The notes under the pieces: model-generated
The model's input: only the letters and a program-made list of their open reading frames with translations
Databases searched by the model: none
What the model was told of the DNA's origin: nothing
Origin: Candidatus Altiarchaeota archaeon
GTDB lineage: Archaea; Altiarchaeota; Altiarchaeia; IMC4; QMZM01
Reading direction: 5' to 3'
Assembly: GCA_038891095.1 (NCBI GenBank)
Contig: JAWAEV010000001.1
Span: 132,468-196,467 of the forward strand
Length of the DNA stretch: 64,000 bases
Made by a program: the position numbers and the translations under genes
In this document: positions 56,924 through 64,000 of the stretch, piece after piece
Layout: every line of letters starts with the position of its first letter
Numbering within the stretch: position 1 is the stretch's first letter

Positions 56924-57784
56924 TTATTTTCCCATCATAATCCTGACTATCTCACAAGCCTTGCAAATTTCTTTTCTTGAAGGCTCTCCGCAAATTTTGC
57001 AATATTTTAGCTTTTCATCGCTCTTATAGTACTCTTTTATCTTAGGCAAAATTTTTATAAAATTATAAACAATTTTTTCCTTTACTCCAGGATTTTCTTT
57101 CTCTATTTCATTTAAATATCCTTTAATTTCTAATCTAAATGTATCTATCGCACAAGGGCATTTCTCATATAGCACAGGAAATTTTTTTAGCATTGAGTAT
57201 TTTCTTATTTCTTCTTCAGGGCAGAAATATAACGGCTTAATTCTTGGCACAAATTTTTCATCCTTGATAAAACCAGTTTTTGGACCTAATTTTGCACATA
57301 AACTCAAATTTCCCTGAAGGAAATTCATAAAGATTGTTTGAGCTTCATCATCTAAGTTATGGCCAGTTGCCATCTTTGTTGCATTAAGTTCACGAGCTTT
57401 TCTGTTCATTATACTTCTTTTCATTACTCCGCAAATTGTACAATTTTTTATGCTGTAACCTTTAGATTTCAGAATTGAATTTATATAGCAAATTTTATAG
57501 CCAAATTCATCCCTTATTGAAACAGTATGCAGATTTATTTTATTTTCATTACAAAATTTTTTTATATTCTCAAAATTTTTTTCTGAATATCTACCAAGTA
57601 ATAAATCTATAAAAAGCGCCTCAACTTTATAGCCAAATTTTTTCAGTAAGTATAACGCAGTAGTTGAATCCTTGCCGCCAGAGCAAGCAACAAGTATTTT
57701 ATCTCCTTTAGCAATTAATTCAAAATCATCAATTGTCTTTTTTACTTGCTCTTCAAAATGTTCTAAAAAATTTTTCTCATCCAT
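56924..57784 (-). CDS. TtuA/Ncs6-type tRNA 2-thiolation protein (TIGR00269-like)
   Basis: ACSGGKDS, CTICGVMKR, ATGHNLDDE, RIKPL, CP, C-terminal CKICG...CKAC. Confidence 0.92.
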   Translation of the reverse strand: MDEKNFLEHFEEQVKKTIDDFELIAKGDKILVACSGGKDSTTALYLLKKFGYKVEALFIDLLLGRYSEKNFENIKKFCNENKINLHTVSIRDEFGYKICYINSILKSKGYSIKNCTICGVMKRSIMNRKARELNATKMATGHNLDDEAQTIFMNFLQGNLSLCAKLGPKTGFIKDEKFVPRIKPLYFCPEEEIRKYSMLKKFPVLYEKCPCAIDTFRLEIKGYLNEIEKENPGVKEKIVYNFIKILPKIKEYYKSDEKLKYCKICGEPSRKEICKACEIVRIMMGK

Positions 57785-57840
57785 TCTAATGAATTTGCAG
57801 TATACCTATAAAAAAGGGGAAACAAATAAAAAATTTCAGA

Positions 57841-58293
57841 TTATGCTTGCTCTACAGTGCCGAAAATTTTCCCAGAACTTCTATAAGTTTCAGATGTGCG
57901 GTCATCAATGTAATCGACTGATATAAAAATCTCAAATTTTGAGCCTGCTGGAATTTTCAATGAGAAGGTATTGCTCCACTGATAAATGGCTCCGGAATTT
58001 ACAGGTATGTTTAAATTGCTATCACATCTATTTTCATCCTGAAAAGTTACATTGACTTTTGTAATGTTAACTCTTGATCCAATTTGGTTTTCAAATGAAA
58101 TCAATAAAAAGCTATTTGATGTAAATTTAAAGTCTCCCGGAACAATACCCCAAAAACCAGCTGAGCCCTTTCCAGTATCTTTTGGATTAAATAAGCCAAA
58201 TTGCCACATTACAACAATTATGACAAGAATTATGACTAATGCCCAGCCATATGTCATTAAAAATTCTAATGCGGTTTGAGCTTTATTTTTCAT
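57841..58293 (-). CDS. Class III signal peptide (type IV pilin-like) protein
   Basis: MKNKAQ-TALEFLMTYGWA plus hydrophobic helix; start 58293. Confidence 0.87.
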   Translation of the reverse strand: MKNKAQTALEFLMTYGWALVIILVIIVVMWQFGLFNPKDTGKGSAGFWGIVPGDFKFTSNSFLLISFENQIGSRVNITKVNVTFQDENRCDSNLNIPVNSGAIYQWSNTFSLKIPAGSKFEIFISVDYIDDRTSETYRSSGKIFGTVEQA

Positions 58294-58813
58294 TCTTAAT
58301 TTTCTCAACAATTGCTGAGACAATATCAGCAAGTTTTTCTTTTGTGAAATTCTTTGTATTTATAATTATGTCATACTTACTAAAATCATCAAAATCTATA
58401 CCATAAATTTTTTTGTATCTCTTACGCTCGCTTTCTTCTCTTTCTTTTATCTGGATTATTGCTTTTTCAATTGTACTTAAATTGTCTCTTTCCATAACTC
58501 TTTTAGCTCTTATTTCTAAGGGAGTAATTAGAAAAATTTTTAAATCTGAATCCAAGAAATGCGCAGAAATTCTACCTTCAACAACACAGTTGCCATTTTT
58601 AGCAAGTTCCTTTTGCTTTTTATCAATTTCTCTATCAACTGAAGAGTTTAACTCTGCAAATTTTGAAAATTCCATGAGTGACATTCCCTTCTCAGTTGCC
58701 ATAGACCTCATTATCTCTCCTGCAGAAATGTACTGCAAATTAAAACGCTTTGCAATTTCTTTTGCAAGCGTTGACTTACCAGAGCCTATTTGACCTGAAA
58801 TTGTTATTATCAT
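58283..58813 (-). CDS. cmk: Cytidylate kinase (archaeal)
   Basis: ITISGQIGSGKST, SAGEIMR, DREID, VEGRIS, RYKKIYGID. Confidence 0.94.
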   Translation of the reverse strand: MIITISGQIGSGKSTLAKEIAKRFNLQYISAGEIMRSMATEKGMSLMEFSKFAELNSSVDREIDKKQKELAKNGNCVVEGRISAHFLDSDLKIFLITPLEIRAKRVMERDNLSTIEKAIIQIKEREESERKRYKKIYGIDFDDFSKYDIIINTKNFTKEKLADIVSAIVEKIKNEK

Positions 58814-58941
58814 CTAGCTATTAATAAAATATAGAGTGGGAATATTTATTTAGGCAAAAACCAAAATAAACCGAATAGAAAAGTATTTATATTGGTAATA
58901 ATTAAATTTTAATACTACAGAAGATATTAGAGGTGAGAAAC

Positions 58942-59433
58942 ATGAAAATGAACAAAAAAGGTCAGGGTGCTATGGAGTACCTCATGACCTATGGATGGGC
59001 AATTTTAGTTGTGCTTATTATTGGTGTTGCACTTTGGTATATGGGTGTTTTTAATGTTGGTACTGGTGGAGTTAATAGAGCATCTGGATTTTCAAAGATG
59101 AAAGTTGCAGATCCAACAATACAGTATTCTGATTCTGGAAATTTCTTTAAATTTATGATAATTAATGGTGCGGGTACAGGTGTAGAGAATATTAATGCAA
59201 CTATTATAGGTGGTGACTATGGTTGTAATACTACTGGAATTGTTAATAAAACAATTTTAGTTGAAGGTGAAACAACAGAGATATGGTTTGGTAAATGCAC
59301 TGGCTGTAGTTGTACAAAATCCCGTGGCTCAGCATTTCTTGCTCAGGTACAGATAAATTATACTCAGTCAATTATGGGTACTGTTTATCAGAGATCTGAC
59401 ACTGGAATAATCTCAGGAACAGTTGAGCAATAA
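58942..59433 (+). CDS. Class III signal peptide (type IV pilin-like) protein
   Basis: KKGQ-GAMEYLMTYGWA; GAGGTGA SD; several N-x-T sequons; ends GTVEQ like its paralog. Confidence 0.88.
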   Translation: MKMNKKGQGAMEYLMTYGWAILVVLIIGVALWYMGVFNVGTGGVNRASGFSKMKVADPTIQYSDSGNFFKFMIINGAGTGVENINATIIGGDYGCNTTGIVNKTILVEGETTEIWFGKCTGCSCTKSRGSAFLAQVQINYTQSIMGTVYQRSDTGIISGTVEQ

Positions 59434-59536
59434 ATTTAGGCAACTTCTCCTTATTTTTTTATTTTTAGAGAAAAAAGGGGAAAATAGATAGAGAGATTAA
59501 ATTCTTTAGATATTTTCCTCTGCATTATTCTCTCTT

Positions 59537-60175
59537 TTAAAAATACTTCAAGATCAGCCTTAAATCTTTTTCTTTTATAACAACATTTGCAATTTTTTCA
59601 ATTTCTGGAATTTTTGGATTAAATGCTATTGAAAAACCAGCAAATTTGAACATAGGTATATCATTGAAAAAATCTCCAACCGCTGCACATTCCTCAGCAA
59701 GGATATTAGCTTCTTTTGCAATTTTCTCAAGAGCTGTTCCTTTGCCATTCATATCAATAATATTCTTTATTCCAGCAACTTTTCCATCATCAACAATAAA
59801 TTCATTTGCAGCAACAAAATCAATTCCAAATTTCTTTGCTATGATATCTGCTAAGATTTTCAAACCTCCAGAAACAATAGCTAACTTATAGCCTCTCTCT
59901 TTTAAAATTTTTAGAGTCTCTGTTGCGCCTTTCATTAGCTTAGTCTTACTGAAAATTTTTTCTATTCTTTGAATTTCAATTCCATGCCATAAAGCAACAT
60001 CTCTTTTAGCCCATTCATCAAATGTTATCTTTCCAGAGTAGAATAAAGCTTCATTTATTTTAGAAAATTTTTCTGTACCAAGAGCATAATGTAGCTCAGT
60101 CCAACTACCTCTACCATCTACAAGCACACCATCAAGGTCAAATGCTATGAGTCTTATTTTTCTTTTATTTTTCAT
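59537..60175 (-). CDS. HAD-IB phosphoserine phosphatase-like hydrolase
   Basis: FDLDGVL, VSGG, K, GDFFND. Confidence 0.9.
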   Translation of the reverse strand: MKNKRKIRLIAFDLDGVLVDGRGSWTELHYALGTEKFSKINEALFYSGKITFDEWAKRDVALWHGIEIQRIEKIFSKTKLMKGATETLKILKERGYKLAIVSGGLKILADIIAKKFGIDFVAANEFIVDDGKVAGIKNIIDMNGKGTALEKIAKEANILAEECAAVGDFFNDIPMFKFAGFSIAFNPKIPEIEKIANVVIKEKDLRLILKYF

Positions 60176-60188
60176 GTTTTATAGTGCT

Positions 60189-60917
60189 TCAACCATACAT
60201 CGGAGGTGATAAATCCTCCATATCTTCATGATGTTCCTTGCTTCTTTTGACTTCTTCTGTAATTCTCTTGAATACTTCCTCTATTTCTTTACCTTCACGA
60301 GAAATTCTCTCTGTGTCTATATCTAAGCCAAGAATTTTATTCATGACCTTTAACATTGAAACTGCCGCCATCGGATCTGGTGAATATTCAGTCTCAGCAA
60401 TTAAAGCCATCGCTGGAATTTTGTTATCAGAGCAGAAAAGTATAAGGTCACTTGAAATTCCACTGAGCATTCCTTCTTCAACATGAATTACATCTGCATT
60501 TCTTAGCTTATCCCTCAACTCTTTATTTGTTGCAATGCCTAATATCTCATGCTCCTTTTCTGTAAATCTACCAGAAATTCCAGCAAGAAGAATAACTTCT
60601 TTTGGTTTTATTTCAGATAGCCATTTTGAGATAGCATCAGAAATTTCATGCATTTGCCTTATCGGAATTATAATCTCAGAGAATATCAGCAGAATGTTTC
60701 CCTTAGCATAAATCCTTATTGGATAATGAATTTCAGAATTATGGATTATTGCAAAACTTCGTAGTTTATCACAAATTATATGTCCAACAACTTTCATGTC
60801 TAATTCTTCTATCAAATAGCGTGTTGCTATAGTTGAAACAAAACCCTTTGATGGAAAACCCTCAATCACAATTGGCTCCTTTGGTAGCTCTCCAGTGATT
60901 ACAATTTTTGTTGTCAT
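60189..60917 (-). CDS. PAC2-family proteasome assembly chaperone homolog (second copy)
   Basis: IEGFPSKGFVSTIA, YPIRIY, PDPMAA; C-terminal MYG (HbYX-like). Confidence 0.88.
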   Translation of the reverse strand: MTTKIVITGELPKEPIVIEGFPSKGFVSTIATRYLIEELDMKVVGHIICDKLRSFAIIHNSEIHYPIRIYAKGNILLIFSEIIIPIRQMHEISDAISKWLSEIKPKEVILLAGISGRFTEKEHEILGIATNKELRDKLRNADVIHVEEGMLSGISSDLILFCSDNKIPAMALIAETEYSPDPMAAVSMLKVMNKILGLDIDTERISREGKEIEEVFKRITEEVKRSKEHHEDMEDLSPPMYG

Positions 60918-60983
60918 TTTCTCTCTACTTTTATTTAATCATTTATCTTCTTACTTATTAAAATTAATTCTTTTTTTCTTTTT

Positions 60984-61454
60984 ATGAACATATTAATAGG
61001 AATTGGAAATCCTCTCAAAGGAGATGACGCTATTGGAATTTATATAGCTGAAAAATTCAAAAGTGAAATTTCGAAGGATAAAACTCTGCGCAAAAAATGG
61101 TTTGTGCTTAGCTGTGAAACTGCTATAGAAAATTTCTCAAAAGTAGTAAAAAAGAAAAAGCCTGAAAATTTGATAATTATTGATGCAGCAGAATTCTCAC
61201 TAACTGCAGGAAAGTTCAGAAAATTTCAAACTGATAAGATTTCCTCTAAAGGCTTAGGAACTCATTCTATGCCAATTTTTTATTTTATAGAATATATTAA
61301 GCCTTATGTTAAGAATAAAATTTTTTTCATTGGAATACAAATAAAAAGAAGTGATTTTGGCACGGGGATTAGCAAGGAATTAAAAAAATCATCTAAGGAG
61401 ATTATTGAAATTTTAAAGGATGAAAAATTTGACGAGATTAGAGACTTAGATTGA
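60984..61454 (+). CDS. hycI: Hydrogenase maturation protease (HycI-like)
   Basis: GIGNPLKGDDAIG, ETAIEN, IIDAA, THSMP, IGIQ. Confidence 0.88.
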   Translation: MNILIGIGNPLKGDDAIGIYIAEKFKSEISKDKTLRKKWFVLSCETAIENFSKVVKKKKPENLIIIDAAEFSLTAGKFRKFQTDKISSKGLGTHSMPIFYFIEYIKPYVKNKIFFIGIQIKRSDFGTGISKELKKSSKEIIEILKDEKFDEIRDLD

Positions 61455-62024
61455 TTTCCCTAAAAAAAGAATTGCGAATATTCCTGCAGTATTTAGAAAA
61501 TAGGAGATCAAAGAAAATTTTTTTATTGATATAACTCTTGAGGAAGCAAGTAAGGAAACACCAATTTCATCTGGTAATGGTGATGCTATAATAAAACCCG
61601 CTAGAATTGTTGTTATATACTTACCAAGATATCTTCTGAATAAACTTGGTGTCTTCTCAGATATTTTTTTGTGTATGGCTATTAAGCCTCTCTCTCTTGA
61701 CAATTTTTCTATCTCATCAGCAAATGAGTATCGGATCATGCTAAATATTATCAAATCTCCAACTAAAGATCCAAAACCAGCAATAATTCCTGCTAAGAAA
61801 ATATTTTGCTCCTTTGAGAGAATTAGTAAGATAGCGGTTGCAGGTGCTGCTGTAAAACCATATGTGAATAACACTCCAGAGATAAATGCGCCAATATACC
61901 CTAAAGAAATTAAGAAATCATGAAATGGTTGATAAGTCTTGCCATAAAAAAGAATATAAGCAAAAATAAAGGTCAATAATAGCAAAAGTAATTTTGGGTA
62001 TTTTATTTCTTTAATTTTCATCAT
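61446..62024 (-). CDS. Hypothetical membrane protein (VTT-like)
   Basis: Multiple TMs; GFTAAPA, IIASPLPDEIG. Confidence 0.7.
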   Translation of the reverse strand: MMKIKEIKYPKLLLLLLTFIFAYILFYGKTYQPFHDFLISLGYIGAFISGVLFTYGFTAAPATAILLILSKEQNIFLAGIIAGFGSLVGDLIIFSMIRYSFADEIEKLSRERGLIAIHKKISEKTPSLFRRYLGKYITTILAGFIIASPLPDEIGVSLLASSRVISIKKFSLISYFLNTAGIFAILFLGKSI

Positions 62025-62097
62025 TTTAAGCTAATTGACTTATTTATATATTGAATCTAATATCTAATAGATAAGATATGAATTATGGAGGTGATAA

Positions 62098-62427
62098 ATG
62101 ATGATTCCATGGGGTAAAATAGGTGCTTGGTCTTTTGTTGTTGGTTTAGTGATTTCGATTTTGGCTGGTTTGGGTATATCAGCTGAATGGGTGCCTTTTG
62201 TCTTAGTAGTCTTAGGTGTTTTAGTTGGAATTTTGAATATTGCTGACAAAGAAGTTGTACCATTTTTGGTTGGAGCCATTGCACTTATGTTTTCTACATA
62301 CAGCTTAGGTTATCTTCCATTGGGGAGCATAATAACAGCAATTTTAAAGAACATTAACACATTTGTAGCACCAGCAGCAGCAGTTGTTGCCCTAAGAACA
62401 ATATACGACTTAGCAAAAGAGAAATAA
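62098..62427 (+). CDS. Small four-TM hypothetical protein
   Basis: GGAGGTGA SD; GILNIADKE, FVAPAA; followed by a T-tract. Confidence 0.75.
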   Translation: MMIPWGKIGAWSFVVGLVISILAGLGISAEWVPFVLVVLGVLVGILNIADKEVVPFLVGAIALMFSTYSLGYLPLGSIITAILKNINTFVAPAAAVVALRTIYDLAKEK

Positions 62428-62613
62428 ACTCTCTTTTTTATTTTTTTATTTTGAATATAAATTTTAATGGCTAATAACTGGTATATATTTTATTAAAATT
62501 TAGAGAGTAAATAATGAGCTTGCAGATTAGTTTCTAAATTCTAACAAGATTACACTAATTACAACAAACAACTTTTAATCTCTTTTTACCTAAATATTAA
62601 CCTAGGTTTAGAA

Positions 62614-64000
62614 ATGAACTACATTGTTGTTACTGGTGGAGTATTATCAGGCTTAGGAAAAGGGGTAACAACTGCATCAATAGGTAGAATTCTCAAGGAT
62701 AAAGGATATGAGGTTTTGCCAATAAAAATTGATGGTTATGTAAATGTTGATCCAGGAACAATGAATCCCTATGAGCATGGAGAAGTTTTTGTTTTGGATG
62801 ATGGCTCTGAAACAGATTTGGATTTAGGACATTATGAACGCTTTCTTAATATTTCACTTACAGGTGATTCAAATTTAACAACAGGGAAAATTTATCAGAC
62901 TGTTATAGAAAAGGAGAGACGAGGCGACTATCTTGGTAAGACCGTGCAAATTATACCGCATATAACTGATGAGATAAAAAGAAGGATAAAACAATTTAAG
63001 GCAGATATTATTCTTATAGAAATTGGTGGTACTGTTGGTGATCTTGAGAATATGATCTTCATTGAAGCTTTAAGACAAATGCGACAAGAGCCACAAAACA
63101 AATTTTGTTTTATTCATCTTTCATATGTCCCTGTGATAGCTTCAGGAGAACAAAAAACAAAGCCAACACAACATTCAGTTAAAGAATTGTTAACTTTAGG
63201 CATTCAACCTGATATTATTATTGCTCGATCTAAAAAACCACTTGACCAAAAAAACAGAGAAAAAATCGCACTCTTTTGTGGTGTTCCTGTTGAGAATGTT
63301 CTCTCCGACCCAGATGTTGATGACACTTACCTGATACCTATAATTTTCAAAAAACAAAATTTGGCAGAAATTATAATAAAAAAATTAGAACTTGAAAGAA
63401 AACCAATGTATACATTAAAATGGGAAAATTTAATTCAGAAGATGCACAGTTATAATGAAATTGTAACAATTGGTATAGTTGGCAAATATACTGCCTTAGA
63501 AGATGCTTATCTTTCAATTAAGGAAGCATTTAAACATGCAGGGCTTGTAAATTCATGTAGAGTGAATTTGAAGTGGATTGATTCTGAAAATTTATCATTT
63601 GAAGAGTTAAATTCAGTTGATGGAATTCTTGTGCCAGGCGGCTTTGGTAGCAGAGGCGTGGAAGGCAAAATTTCAGCAATTCAATATGCAAGAGAAAAGA
63701 AAATTCCTTTTTTAGGCATATGTTATGGCTTTCAATTAGCAATTGTTGAATTTGCAAGAAATGTTTGTGGTCTTCATGGAGCAAATACTACAGAGAATGA
63801 TCCACAGACTCCACATCCTGTGATAGATATTTTACCAGAGCAAAAATCTATAAAAAATATGGGAGGCACAATGAGACTTGGCGCTTATCCTTGTGATCTT
63901 GAGGAAGATAGCCTTGCTTTCAGACTTTATAAAGAGAAAAAAATTTATGAAAGACACCGCCATAGATGGGAAGTTAATCCAGATTATGTAGAAATTTTAA
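62614..64000 (+). CDS. pyrG: CTP synthase (partial, runs off window end)
   Basis: Hand translation MNYIVVTGGVLSGLGKG, DPGTMNPYEHGEV, KTKPTQHS, VPGGFG, GICYG, RHRWEVN. Confidence 0.97.
   Translation, partial: MNYIVVTGGVLSGLGKGVTTASIGRILKDKGYEVLPIKIDGYVNVDPGTMNPYEHGEVFVLDDGSETDLDLGHYERFLNISLTGDSNLTTGKIYQTVIEKERRGDYLGKTVQIIPHITDEIKRRIKQFKADIILIEIGGTVGDLENMIFIEALRQMRQEPQNKFCFIHLSYVPVIASGEQKTKPTQHSVKELLTLGIQPDIIIARSKKPLDQKNREKIALFCGVPVENVLSDPDVDDTYLIPIIFKKQNLAEIIIKKLELERKPMYTLKWENLIQKMHSYNEIVTIGIVGKYTALEDAYLSIKEAFKHAGLVNSCRVNLKWIDSENLSFEELNSVDGILVPGGFGSRGVEGKISAIQYAREKKIPFLGICYGFQLAIVEFARNVCGLHGANTTENDPQTPHPVIDILPEQKSIKNMGGTMRLGAYPCDLEEDSLAFRLYKEKKIYERHRHRWEVNPDYVEIL

Noticed and set aside
46030-57784. 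Selenocysteine/pyrrolysine read-through in the sulfur block
   Set aside because: The ORFs are full length with normal Cys motifs, and no split gene at an in-frame TGA or TAG was evident.
57841-59433. Invertible (phase-variable) pilin cassette around cmk
   Set aside because: The two pilin 5' ends match in protein but differ at many synonymous sites, so there is no long perfect inverted repeat, and no recombinase is nearby.
1189-63784. Numerous antisense or nested ORFs in the track (e.g. 13037-13432, 25432-25851, 29557-30075, 52610-53137)
   Set aside because: They lie opposite or inside well-supported genes and have F/S/I/L-rich composition typical of reverse-strand shadows in AT-rich DNA.
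1-64000. CRISPR array, transposase, integrase, rRNA
   Set aside because: No regularly spaced repeats, recombinase or transposase motifs, or long GC-rich RNA-like tract were seen.

Overview
AT-rich (~70%) archaeal chromosomal segment. It has archaeal-type ribosomal proteins, NAC, Nop5, Cbf5, PAC2 chaperones and class III signal-peptide proteins. The gene content (HPS-RraA fusion, VirB2-like pilin, MTYGWA-type pilins, Cys-rich surface domains) suggests an Altiarchaeota/DPANN-like lineage, which is inference only. It is mostly housekeeping: glmS, an S19e-ndk-L24e-S28e-L7Ae-gltX block, pstSCAB-phoU, four tRNAs, cbf5/L14e/adk/L34e, EndoQ-rnhB-pheS, two large paralogous surface proteins, and a ~12 kb sulfur/thiolation/metal block (nifS, Cys-type thi4, CGL, CBS, ThiI-like, ArsR operon, TtuA). 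It ends in a partial pyrG. No CRISPR array, transposase or integrase was seen. The most unusual observation is that the 69-nt intron of tRNA-Ala(GGC) is largely a copy of a ~50-55 nt hairpin element that also sits right after the 3' ends of tRNA-Ser and tRNA-Ala. Other leads are a Kunitz/DUF333 lipoprotein coupled to a membrane-anchored HTH regulator, twin perfect palindromic operators for a Cys-rich regulator of the sulfur genes, a cytochrome b5-like plus H-x13-H membrane pair, unannotated zinc-finger microproteins, and a pair of apparently catalytically eroded enzymes. All assignments come from motif recognition by eye; no database searches were run.
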